64,000 nt of DNA from Lama guanicoe. Lineage: Eukaryota. Positions 1 to 11,725 of this stretch are shown one piece after another. The notes beneath the pieces are model-generated. The model was not told where the DNA came from and did no database searches. It was given only the letters and a program-made list of their open reading frames with translations. Position 1 is the stretch's first letter. Every line of letters begins with the position of its first letter. The translations under genes were made by a program, and so were the position numbers. The stretch is from assembly GCA_013239625.1 (NCBI GenBank), contig MU057352.1, forward strand, positions 27,668,764 through 27,732,763, in the 5' to 3' direction.

Positions 1-479
1 TGATCCCTAATGCCTTCAATTAATTAAGCATGGATTAATTGAGAAGGACCCATTTGAAAGAAAAAGAAAAATATAACTTTAACGTGAGCTGTGCACTGCC
101 CATTTCCCTTACGTTGAACACAGGTGATTCCCCCCACCTACAAGGTTTCCCCACGACCCCCTTCCCAGTCCATGGTCCATCATCCCAAACCCTACTCATC
201 CTTTAAAACTCACCCTTAACTTCCTGTGGGAGCTCCTGACCTCCTCAAGTAGTTCCATACTTGCCCCATCTTCCCAATTCACTTTGAATAAACCTCTAGG
301 TGGCCCTCTGCACCTGGTACCAAAAACAACGAGAATGTCTCCCTCATCAGAAAACTTAGGACTCTCCAGGGTCTCCAGATGATGTTCTTCAAGTGCAACT
401 CGTAAGAGGAGGACGGGGACAATATAAAGGGCCCCAGAGTCCACACACAGATGCTATTTTAAAGCTTCCTAACTCATCT

Positions 480-1210
480 CTCCTCCTCCACTCCTGCTCA
501 CCCCACATTCCCTTTCAATCCATTCTCCTTACTATGACCAGTGCAATGTTCCTAAAACATATGTCCAATCAGGAGCCTTCTCTGACTCCAGTCTTTTTTT
601 TTCTTTAAGTTTTTTTTGGGGGGAGGGGGTAATTAGGTTTATTTATTTTTATTTATTTATACATTTTTAACGGAGGCACTGGAGATTGAACCCAGAACCT
701 TGTGCATGCTAAACACACACTCTGCCACTGAGCTATACCCTCCCTGCTGATTCAAGTCTTTTAAAGTTTCTTTTTCTCCTGAAGGTTAAAGCCCAAGTTC
801 CCCGCCACGGCACAGAAGGCCCTTCATGACCCGGCCTCCCCTCCCCTCCCCACAGCGGGCTGTGCTCCAGTCAGATGGAGATAAACCGTAGTTCTCTCAA
901 CCCACATCCTTGTATGTGTTATTCTCCTGCCTCAGCCTCTCCCAGCCACCCTAACCCACCTCTCTGCCTTCAAAGCTCAGTTGATGTGGTCTGCCCTCCA
1001 CTGACCAAGCCTGCCCAGAGCCCCTCAGCCAGGCTGAGGCCCCCTCTCTGCTCCCACAATGCTGCGTGTACCCCAGCTCAGCTCTCAGAACCCCACCCCA
1101 AGCCCCTCATCCTCCAGGCAGTACTAGCTCCTCCAGGGCATGCACTTTGCCCGTGCACCCCTGTGGATCCCACACCTGCCTGGCCATCACGTCTGCTTGT
1201 CCATCAGTAA
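480..1210 (+). mobile_element. Degenerate L2 LINE fragments, interrupted by the SINE
   Basis: Pyrimidine-rich L2-like motifs (ccagtgcaatgttcctaaaacat; aaagcccaagttcc...aaggcccttcatgacc; gccttcaaagctcagttgatgtggtctgccct). Confidence 0.55.
598..746 (-). mobile_element. Camelid tRNA-derived SINE (Vic-1-like) inserted into an L2
   Basis: Reverse complement GGGAGGGTATAGCTCAGTGGCAGAGTGTGTGTTTAGCATGCACAAGGTTCTGGGTTCAATCTCCAGTGCCTCC has Pol III A/B boxes and an A-rich tail. TSD-like ctgactccagtctttt (582-597) and ctgattcaagtctttt (747-762). Confidence 0.88.
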
Positions 1211-2308
1211 GCAGGTGGGGGAGTGACTCGGTGATAATAGCTGGTGCTTTTCTCTAAACTGAAGGATCACCAGCTCCCCATTTCTAATCTGAAAATGAAA
1301 AGGTGTCTGGTGCAGTAGGAAAACACACTCAGGCTTGAGGCAGAGGAATCTTGGAATTGTGATGGACAAGCTCTCCATTCAGATCCTGATTGTATGACCT
1401 GCTCTCTGGGTGACCTCTGACCTGTTACGAAGTTTCTCAGAGGCAGATATAGCCAGACTAAGGCCCCTGGTAAATCATTTTAAAAACAAAATGACCCAGA
1501 AATCTGACCAGGACAATAGTAATGTTTACTTCATCTTTCTCTCCCCTTTCATAGCAAGTGCAGGGTCCCAGTACGTATTTGTCAAATGAATTAATGAATA
1601 AATTAATCAATAAACAAACAAAAATGGGTTCCTCCAAGCCTGGAGGTAAACTCTCAAAGGCAAGATTTAAAGGTCCCTTGGTCTTGTCAAAAGAGCATGT
1701 GCTAAAGAACTCTGAGTCTGTATCCATTTAAACCTTCCCTGGAGAAGCAGAAACCGGGAGAAACCAGAAGGCAGTATTTAGAGAAACAGCCCAGATCCTG
1801 CTCTGTCTAACACATTCGCTACAGATTCAGAACCAGCTGAGGACTTTGCTGCCCCAACCTCAGATCACAGGCTGGAATGGTCAGGAAAGGGCCCTGGTAT
1901 TAGTGTTTTAGTAGAAGTGGAATCGAGCAGAATCACAGCCTCCAGGCCTTCTGACCAGAAGCAAGCTAACAGAGCCGGCCACCCTAGTGCCCCTGGGTCT
2001 GAAGGTGCATCGAGAGGCAGGGGTGACAGTGGAAACCTGGTCACAAGAGCCCACACCCTGAGGTTCTGGAAACTGCTCTAGAATGCTCCATGCAAGCACA
2101 CACACTGTGGTGAGACCACTATGGTGTTCCAGGAAGAGGCTGCATTTATTTGGCTAACCTAGTGGGCTGATGTAAGATAAGCCAGGGGCCTCGAGGTGGA
2201 GGGAGATGGCCTGGAATCCCAGCTTCACTTCTGACTAAGTGAGGGGTGATGGCAAGTTGCTCAGCCTCTCTGAGCCTTCGTTTCCTTATTGTTGAAAGAG
2301 ATACATTA

Positions 2309-2735
2309 AGATTTACAGCAACATGGATGGACCTAGAGAATATTACACCTAGTGAAGTCAGTTAGACAGAGGAAGACAAATAGTGTATCACTTACATGTG
2401 GAATCTAAAAAATAATACAAATGAATCTATATACAAAACAGGAACAGCAACACAGACATAGAAAACAAACCTATGGTTACCAAAGGGGAGAGGGCGGAAG
2501 GGAGGGCGGGACAAATTACAAGCATGGAATTAACAGACACAAACTACTCTACGTAAAACAGAAGAGTGACAAGGATTTACGGTGTAGCCCAGGGAATTAT
2601 ATTCAATATCTTATAATAACCTCTTATGGAACATAATCAGAAAAAAAATAACTGAATCACTATGTTGTGCACCTGAAACTAACACAGTATCGTAAATCAA
2701 CTATACTTAAAAAAAAAAGACCAGAAAAAAAAAAA
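2309..2735 (+). mobile_element. L1 3' end (5'-truncated) inserted in a MIR
   Basis: gcaacatggatggacctagagaatatt...ctgaaactaacacagtatcgtaaatcaactatactt followed by an A tail. MIR-like sequence on both sides (2200-2300, 2745-2800). Confidence 0.88.
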
Positions 2736-3984
2736 GAATATGCACCACATAGGGTTGTGAATATGTGAGAATTAAATAGGATGATACTTGAAAAGCAGCA
2801 GCCCCAGCTACCCTTCCACTAGGTAACTGCTGATGCACGAGAGGACCAGCCCAGCCCAGGAGAAAGCCCGGATGCGGCGCGGCTCCGGGAGAGGTGAGGC
2901 ACCATGTGGGCATCTGGAAGGCACTGGAACACCCCACCCATGGCAGAAGCTTTAGTTTTTCCACAGCGGACTCTGGCAGTGGAAACCAATAGGCTGATGC
3001 CTGCTGGGACCAGAGCAGAGTGAGGTCAAAGAACCACTTCTGAGGACCTGTGAGACACCCCGGGGCCTCTCAGGAACAGCTGAAGTGCTTCTTTACAGGG
3101 CTGGGGGTGGTGATAAGGCAGCCAGATGTGAGCGCTCATCCTTAATGTGAACGCAGCAGAGCAAGGCCAGGAGATCACGTCCCACGAGCAAATGGTCACG
3201 CCAAGCTAGGGCCACCCCCAAGACCTGCACCACAGCAGAGATTTAAGCTTCTTTTCCATTATTATGGATGCTGGATTGAAGTTTTCCATCTTTCGTAACC
3301 TCTATGCTATGCTGAGACTGAACCATGAGGTCCCTGGATTCCCTGGGGTTCCTCATGCATTTCAAACACTTGTAAAACACAGGCTGGGTGTAATGCCCCA
3401 CTGTCCCCCATCACCTGCCCCAGGCTGTATATCACAGACACTGCTTGTGTGATGCTGAACTCGCCCCAACATGCTTGAGCATCAGATTGTGGGGAGGTCA
3501 CCCCCCGTCTACCAGTGTCCTCATCTGCAAACCACAGAGGGTGGAGACGACTCCCCAGAATCCTTTCTGGTTCTTCAACCTATGAGGTCAATGGTTTGTC
3601 CTTGGCAGAGAAGGAAGGGAACTCAGCTAAGGAGGAAAGCAGAGTAGATTGTAACTATCTGTCATGTTTTGCCATGAAAAAAACTGAGGCAGATTTGACA
3701 AAATGTTGACATTTTTTAATTCCACTTAAATGTCACACACATACACACACACTCTTAAAGACAGTAAAACAAGGGACTCTTGAAAGAAGTTGGTACATGT
3801 AAGTAAAGAGTCCAGAGTTACAAAAGCTATGTTGAATGACATGCAGGGAAAACACAGTATCCTAGATTCACGGGCTCCCCACCTCATGGGATAAGGCTGC
3901 ACTTTGGAGCCAACAGCCTGAGTCTTGTTTGCAGCTCTGTCCCCAGTCAGCCATGTCACAAAGTTTCTCTGGACCTCAGTTACT

Positions 3985-4405
3985 TCACCATCACTTTTCA
4001 AAGTCTAAACAATCAGCAACACAGTAAGTCAAGCACTGATTTATAGGGTTTGCTGATTTCTGTGGTGTAAACCCTCCCACTGTAGCTGATTTCAAGCTAC
4101 CAATATGACGTCACTGAACTTGAAATTGGGAAGAGATGCTTTGAAGCTTCATTAATAATTTTCCCACCAGACAGACAACAGAAGCCAATTACCTTAAGAG
4201 CACAGAGACAGTAAACTGTAGCAAAATAATTAGCAAGTGGTAAGGCTTTATAATTTACTCTTTGTTATTAGTATTATTTACTATAAGTTTATGTAATTTA
4301 ATTTTCAACAGTGGCCAGTTTAACATCCAGGATGCTTGCAAAATTTCTGAAAATTTAATAATTGCCTCTTGCAAGCCCACATGAGCTGGCTCCAGTGCAC
4401 CACTG
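3985..4405 (-). mobile_element. MER63-like hAT-Blackjack DNA transposon fragment
   Basis: Terminus ctggctccagtgcaccactg and internal gatttcaagctaccaatatgacgtcactgaac resemble recalled MER63 consensus. Confidence 0.7.
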
Positions 4406-7400
4406 TGGCCGTGTCCCTTTTTCTACCCACAGTTAGGAATTCTAGGCTATAACGAATTTGTGGGGGAAATTCATCTGTTTCCCCCACGATTGTATACTTA
4501 GTATTTGGCCCAATGCCTGGCACAGAGAATGCCCTCAGTAAAGGTCTGTTGAACAAATAAAATGCTAGGCTTTTTTAAATTATTATTTCTAAGAGCCTAT
4601 GATTCTAATGGGTGACTCCCCTGGTACCATCACTCCCACACTATAGAGGCAGTGGAGGTAAAGGATAAGGCTGCTTTAATTTGGATCCCAGCTGTCTGCC
4701 ACTGACTAGCTATGTGAATTTCAATACATTAACCTCTCTGTGTCTCAATTTCTCTTTTGTAAAATAGGCAAAGTAGCTGTAGTTCCCTCATAGGGGCTAA
4801 TCATGGCACATGAACGAGTGACTACTCCGAGTGCTGAGAACTGGTACCTAGCAGATCCTATACTGGTATTTGCTGCCATTTTTCTTAGCTGTATCATTTC
4901 CAGTGATCTATCACATGCCAGATGTTCTGCTAGGGGCATTTTAGCTGGGCTACTTGGATCTACCCCCAAGAATGCATAATTGAAGATAGAAATTTAGGCA
5001 GAATTTTTACACAGAATTTAGGCTGCCCTATCTGTGTTTCTCTCCTTTACAGATTTCTTCTCTCACATTAGAGATGTGGTGATTGTCCAAAACTCAGTCT
5101 GCTTGATCCCTCAAACAGCAAACTTCAGGTATCCAGCTGAATTTTTGCCACACAAGAACTTGCTCTCAAGTGAAAAGCTATAAACATGGGAAATTCAGTC
5201 AAGGATAATTCCTTCTTCAGGTATCAAATCTCCTCTAATTTCTGCCTGTTTTTGTCACTCTCCAGGGCCATCACATAGTGGGGTTTTTTTTTAATATTTT
5301 GTCCAGAGTTTACAATTGTTGTTAGCAAGAGAGTTGGTCCCATACAAATGACTCCACAATTACTAGAAGCAAACTTTCAGCAACATACATCTGATGCTGT
5401 GAGCTAACAGAACCACAGCTCCTACTATCATGGTAGCTTAAATTCAAATAAGCAAACAGATGTCAAAGTTGGAAGTCATCTAGTGTTTGCTCAATCGATG
5501 TTGTTGAATTAAATTGAGCAACAGATGTTGGAATCTCAGGGACTGATTTGTACAATTGTAATATGGCTCTAATCAATGGCTTATTGACTGTCGTCCAGAC
5601 TGATGCTGCAAGAAATGTCTGTGGGCTCGTCCTGAGAGCCTGAAGATCAAAGGACCCAGGAGGATGGAAGGCTTTTGCTCAGAACCAGGCTGGGAAATCA
5701 CTGCCCACCCATAACAAGTTGCCACAATTCTCACACCTTTCAGAAAGTCTGAGAAGTTCACAGACCTTAAGGGAAGGTTGGAAGAGGCAGCAAAGGAACA
5801 GTGTGGAGCCTCTGAGAGCTAGAAGACATACTCTCGTAAGGGAAATGTCCTAGCAAATTAGGATACAGATATATGACCACATAGTTTATCACCCAAAACA
5901 GGGCACTTGTGAGAGTGGACGGGACTTCTAGTAATAATTCTGCAGGGGTGATAGGCCTGAAATGATACTGCCCCAGGCAAACTGGGATGTATAAAACCCT
6001 GAATGGTGCTGGGTCTCTCACAGGCATCCTGGAAGACAGCATATCTCTGATGCCCTACAAGCAATGAAATCAGACCCACGCAGCTGTAACTTAGTCATCT
6101 TCAGTACCAACAGCATGGCTCTGTTAGATGGTCCTGAAACAGCCTGGGACTTCAGCAGCGGGCACTTAACGAAGACAGGAGGCTGGAATACACTGGCCCT
6201 AGAAGCTAGAGTGGGTGTAAAACAAAAGAGAGCTATGTATCCCATTTTCAGTGTCCACAGGAGCCTGGAAAACGTGGTCTTGAGTCCCATAGAAGCTGAT
6301 ACCCCAGGAGGATTGAACGTGGCAGGCAGCACCCACCCTGGGACAATTCTAGAAGCCACCGTGTTCTAACCGGTTTCGTTCATTCATCAGTTCATTCAAT
6401 AAACATTTACTGATCCAGGGCACTGGGCAAGGAGCTGAGGATGCAGCGTAGTTTAGAGGGCATACTGGTTTACAGGGCCAGGGTCTGACCTCAGGGGCTG
6501 GGCTTCAAGGGCGAGCCAGGTGGTCAGGGCTCTGCTGATGCTGCCGAGGTTCAGTCCTGAGCTGCCAGGGAGTTGAGAGATGGCGTAAGAACAGGAACTG
6601 TGGCAAAACTCTGATTACAAAAAAGCACGCACCTGGCAACGAAGCTGAGCGCTTACAGCCGGTGCACTTGTGAGTACCTGGCTCACTTCTGCAAGCTCTG
6701 CACCTGACGTTGGGCTAACGTGCCCTGAGGACCGCCAGACCCTACATGCCCTGGTCTGTGGATGCTAATAATCTGCCAGTCAAGTCAGGGCTAAGGGTGG
6801 GGCCGGAGGTACTGAGCCTGAGGCCGATGCCCGGCTGGGTGGGGAAGCAGGGCTGGGGGTGAAGAACGGACCGATGATCCAGTCACACGTGATACCATGC
6901 TACCCCCTCCACACCCTATAGGGAGAGGGCTCCCTAGTGCAGAAAACTCGACTTCCGGGGTGTTGATCCACTTATGAAGGTTAGAGAACGAGCCAGAAGC
7001 AAAACAAGCACCACACACCTCAGGTGCCAACTCTCCTCCCAACCACCACACTTCCCAAACAGGGACGGGCCGGCTCAGAGCTGGGGCTTTTACTTGGTTC
7101 CCAATGTTGGGAAAATGAGGGTGGCTCTGGGTGCCCTGGAGAGGCCCCTGGAGGGTGCCAGGGGGGCCCAGAGTCTGGAATAGAGGGGGTCAGTTAAAAT
7201 CCAGAAAGTAATCAAGTAAAATCAGGGGCTGGGCTGTATCTGTCCCCTTGTTGACAGTAATAAATTAAATCCAGGCCTCCAAGCTGAGACCTGAAAACAT
7301 CTCGAGCTGTGTTTCATCCCCACAAGTGCCCCTCAAAGTCAAGGAAAACTGCTGTGAGCAGAGAGATGCTATTTATATAGCCAGGTACCAATAGGCATGA

Positions 7401-7601
7401 ACTGGGGCAGGGGCTCATCCCTGGGGAGAGGGAGAGGGCCGGGGCACACTTGCCAGCCCACCTTTTCTCATTCCTGCCCTCTGAGGAGTTGCCTGGCTCT
7501 GGCTCAGACATGAGTCCAGATTCAGGCCGCACCACTCAGGCTTCTCATCTGTGGCATGAGACTGATGCTTTCAACTTTCCAGAACATCAGGAAGCTGGGA
7601 A

Positions 7602-8023
7602 TATAACCGAGCAGGACCCTATGGGGCCTTCCCAGGACAGACCACCCCCATGTTGTCTGCTTGCCTCTTATTTGTAGAAAAACTTTAGCCTCCTAGGCCT
7701 TCCCTGAGTTCCAAAGAATAAGTTTAATCAGAGAAGTGAAAAAAATGCAGAAGCCAAGGAAGAGAGTCAAACAAGACAAAATAATAAGTTAGCCACCAAA
7801 CAAAGTCGAGGACCTTTAGTTCCTCCTCAAGGGCTGTAGATAATATACTGAGCCATGTCCTTTGAGCTGTTTTGCAGGTACCGAAACCCCACCAGGTGGA
7901 AGAAGTCGACTATATGCCAATCACAAGCACGCAGCCCCCAGGCCTATTGGGACCAGACTGGTTAATGACGCTGACTCCCAGTTACCTCCCCACCAAGCAA
8001 CCAGAAGAATGTCCAGGAGCTGA
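7602..8023 (+). mobile_element. ERV1-type LTR, 3'-truncated
   Basis: Starts tataaccgagcaggaccctatggggcc; contains gaggacctttagttcctcctcaagggct and cagaagaatgtccaggagctga, typical of recalled cetartiodactyl ERV1 LTRs. Confidence 0.65.
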
Positions 8024-9294
8024 GTGAAGGGGAGTAGGGAGTTAGACAGCAGAAGAAGAAAGCAGACACATCATGAGGACAAGGCCACATGGCCCGGGGG
8101 GGGGGGGCGGTCAGCGAGGGTCCCTGAGCACCTCATCGGGCCCAGGCCTCACTCATCCCTCTTTCATCCCGCCTCTTCCCAAGGCACCTGTGTGTGCCTC
8201 TCTGGACCTGTCGACCAAAAGAAGCAAGTGGAGCACCTAAGGTGCCTTTCCCCCCGACTCATTCACTTGGCCAACTCCCACTCACCTCCGGGTGTCTGCA
8301 CAACCCAGCCTCCTCAGGGCCCCGCCCTGACCTCTTCATCTGATATGGGCGCCTGCCCTGCGCTCCCACGCTCCTGGAGTAGTGCAATGTCTAATTACTT
8401 GTTGGCCTTCCTGGTTAGACTACAAGAACCCCCAGGACTGGAGTTGTGCCTTTTCCTCCCTGGACCCAAAGCACACTGAGCGGCACACAGTAGGTCCTCA
8501 ACGACTGAATGAGACACAAAGAGACCCACGCCAGGGGTAGGAAAGGGGAGAGAGAGGCAGCACTGGTCACGGTGCTCCTGCCACAGAAGGGGCAAGTCCA
8601 TGGCTCGCTACCAGCTGAAGCTGGTTGGCACAGTGCCTCTCCCCAGACACACCCCCAGGGCGACACAAAGGAAAGCTTAATTCCAAGTGGGCAAGTCCAA
8701 TGAGACTTCCAAGGGCAAGCAGCGTCCGTGCTGGCTTAGAAGGAGGAGGTGAATACTGCCCAGTAAATGGCAGAGGCTTTGCCACGTGGCCCTGGAGCAT
8801 GATGGCGTCCGAGGGGTGGGTCGAACTGGGCTGGGGAGACAAGGTCTGGGCCCACCAAGGGGTTTCAGGAAGCCCTTCCACCAAGACCTGCCCCATCCGG
8901 GCACCAACCAGGGCCAGTGCAAAAGCAAAGGCCATCAGTCGGCTGGTGTGAGTCGATGTCGAGGCCCAGCTTGGATTTACAGTGACGCACATTGATTTTG
9001 GCTCTTGGAGGTGTCAGCTCACCCGTAAATTAGAAAATTTATCTCAAGGAGCTACAGAGATAAGTGGCTTTGCACATAAATACCCTTTCTTTTTAAACAA
9101 GGAGTGCTAACGCACTGAGGACCTCTGTGGGAGAGGCTTCAGGAAGCTCCTGCAGTCTGCTGGGGTCCAGCTCTGGGTAGGCCTAAGGACAAAGCCAAGG
9201 ATGCCTGTAAGGTGCCTCATCCCTGGTCTAACCTCAGCTCAGGAAAAGGTGTGCCATCAGCCCTGCCTCCCTGCCATGCTTGGTGATAAAGGCT

Positions 9295-10040
9295 TCACTC
9301 ACTCACTCATTCATTCATCAAACATCGACTAAAGGACCATCGTGCTGCTCACAGGGCCAGAGGCTGTGGATGGATGCAGAGATGGTTGAGACCAAGTCCC
9401 TGCTCTCCCAGGGCTCACACACCAGAGGAGACACAGGGGATCAGTGAATGGGATGACATCAGGTGTGATCCATGCTGTGAAGAAAGTGAACTCTTTGACA
9501 TGAATGACATCACCCAGGCTAGGGCGGAGGCTATGCAGATGGGGTGGTCAGGGCAGGCCTCTCCGAGGGTGGCATCTGAGCAGAGCGCTGAAGGATGAGA
9601 ACCAGGTAGTCTTGCAAAGTGGAGGAGGAGGGGGCAGAGGGAATCGCAGAGGCATGGAAGAGCTTGAAATGTTCCAGAAACAGAAAGGAGGCTACAGTGG
9701 CTGGAGTCTGGTGAGCAAGTGGAAAAGGGTAAGAGATGAGATGGGAGGAAGGGGTCAAGGACTGAATCCCCCAGGCCAATGGATGAAGTTTAGATTTGAT
9801 TGAAAACCTCATGGGAAGCCAGCAAGTGGTTTTAAGCAGGGAAGTGATATGATTCCGTCTGTGTCTGCAGGATGGTTGGAGGACCACTGGGAGAGGGGAG
9901 GGGAGGGGTCAGGCATGGAGGAAGGGAGGGCAGCTGCGGGCAGTGTGGCCATACAGGTGAGGGGTTAGGCTGTTGGGCAGAGATGGGGAGGAGACAGGAG
10001 GCAGATGGATACAAGCCACACTTTCGATAATCTAGTCAAT
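9295..10040 (-). mobile_element. L2 LINE fragment
   Basis: (TCAC/TCAT)n tail, i.e. the reverse of the L2 3' end, followed by purine-rich L2 antisense motifs (atgggaagccagcaagtggttttaagcagggaagtgatatgat). Confidence 0.75.
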
Positions 10041-11029
10041 TCCTTTACCAGGAGGGGGGCCCAGACAGCCGAGCTTCCCAGGCTGTGGTTCCTCCAAACA
10101 CAGCCAAGGCCATAACCATGAGCAGACCATGTGGCCCATCTCCACAACCCAGCGGCACTGTCTTCAAATTCCTGTGTCGAAGCTGCCTCTGGGCTGCATC
10201 TTCTGAAGCCTGAGCTGCAGCCCCCAGACACGCTTGGCTCCATGGATCAGATTTATGCTCTTCTGTGCCCAGGGAAATTCCCACAGAAAAGTGCACCTTG
10301 CTCCCAGTACCAAATGACCACTGCACGTAAAATCCATCCCCACGTGGGGTCTTTCTCCTTCTATTTGGAGATCCTAGGATTTTTATCACTCTGTTATAAT
10401 TTTTGAAAAGGCTTTTCCATCAGTTTTCCAAAAATAAGACCTTATAAAAAGTTGCCATTCTAGTTTGTATCCTTGTGAGTTTAGTATCAGGCTGATTATC
10501 TGGTTAAATGGCTTTGGACTAACTGGTCCCAAATGAATTGGTTTGAGGGGAACTGTCCCTGCTTTTAGCATCCTCCACGGGACCATGCTGTTCAGAGTTA
10601 AGTATGAGGTGGAAAAAGACCATGGAAGGCCTCCCACCCCCAGCAGTCCCCCTACAAGGCCACAGTCCCTCCCTCTTCCCACGGAGGACCCACCACAACG
10701 CATCTAAGGACCTTCGCCAGTGTGGTCGGTTATCTCCTCGGCACCTGATTAAGTTCAGGTATCGGAGGAGGTTGCTCTCCCGGAACAGAGCTGTTTCCAG
10801 TTCAAAGGAGACACTTGGATTTATCCAAAGGTAAACCTTAGGGGAAAGAAGGCAGAGGAGGGAACGTGGGGTGAGTGCTGTGGACAGAAGGGGACAAGGA
10901 CAGGGGTTAACGAGAGGCCTGGAGGCTGTGTAAGACTTCTGGGGGGGGGGGGGGGGTGAGGACCCCCCCCCGGGCCACCCCGACAGTAACACCTGAGGAG
11001 GATTTAATGAAGGGATTACCAACAACGGG

Positions 11030-11660
11030 ATGGCGGGGTGCGGAGAAACCACAGGGGCTGGCGGGGAGGAGCTGCAGGGCTGGCGACCGAGGGCCCGGTG
11101 ATTGCTCCGAAGCCCGGCACAGCGACAGGAAGGGCCGCTCCGGGCTCGGAGCAGAGCGCGGGGGTCGGACAGGGGCCAGGACCACCCGCCAGGCGGATAA
11201 ACACGCCGACCTGGCTGCCTCCGCCTGCCCTGCTGTCCCGCGGGTCAGGCCAGCGTGCAAGGCAGCCGGCGAAGGCGCGTCACACACGTGTCCCGGTGCT
11301 GCCGGGACAGACGACAACAAACGTCACGGCCCCCGAGGACACAGATGCATTATCCTACCGTTCTGAAGGTCTGAGCTCCCAGTGGGTCTCATGGGCTAAA
11401 CCCAAGGCGCGAGCAGGGCTGCGGGCCTCCTGAAGGTTCCGGGGAGGAACCACTCGCCTACTTTCCCGCCTCCAGAGGCCGCCCGGCCCCAGCTCGCGCC
11501 TCGCGCTGCCGTCCTCAGATCCCGCGGGCGTCCTCAGATCCCGCGGGCGTCCTCAGATCCCGCGGGCGTCCTCAGATCCCGCGAGAGTGCGGCAGGTCTT
11601 CCCCCACGTGGCGCCGTTCGGGCTCTGAGCGCCCTGCGGCCGTCTTCCGCACGAAGCACC
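11030..11660. promoter_or_regulatory. Orphan CpG island
   Basis: About 630 bp, very GC-rich and CpG-dense relative to flanks. CACGTG E-boxes at 11285-11290 and 11605-11610. No recognisable gene start. Confidence 0.75.
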
Positions 11661-11725
11661 CTTGTGCCAGAGGGCTCACCTGGGCAGTGCAGGTACTCAG
11701 CCCATCTCAGGGTCAGCTGATCACC
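11289..11725 (-). mobile_element. MLT1 (MaLR) LTR, strongly GC/CpG-enriched
   Basis: cattatcctaccgttctgaaggtc...tgggtctcatgggctaaacccaaggcgcgagcagggctgc...cccatctcagggtcagctgat is colinear with recalled antisense MLT1C/D consensus. Confidence 0.75.
11510..11583 (+). repeat. 19-bp minisatellite, (CGTCCTCAGATCCCGCGGG) x ~3.9
   Basis: Perfect tandem copies read directly from the sequence. Confidence 0.97.

Noticed and set aside
6260-6410. Apparent plus-strand terminal exon (cag acceptor, short ORF, AATAAA)
   Set aside because: The AATAAA belongs to an antisense L2 tail (cattcaataaacatttactga); peptide unrecognised and no partner exons found.
11510-11583. CRISPR-like direct repeats
   Set aside because: Contiguous tandem copies with no spacers in a mammalian genome; a minisatellite.
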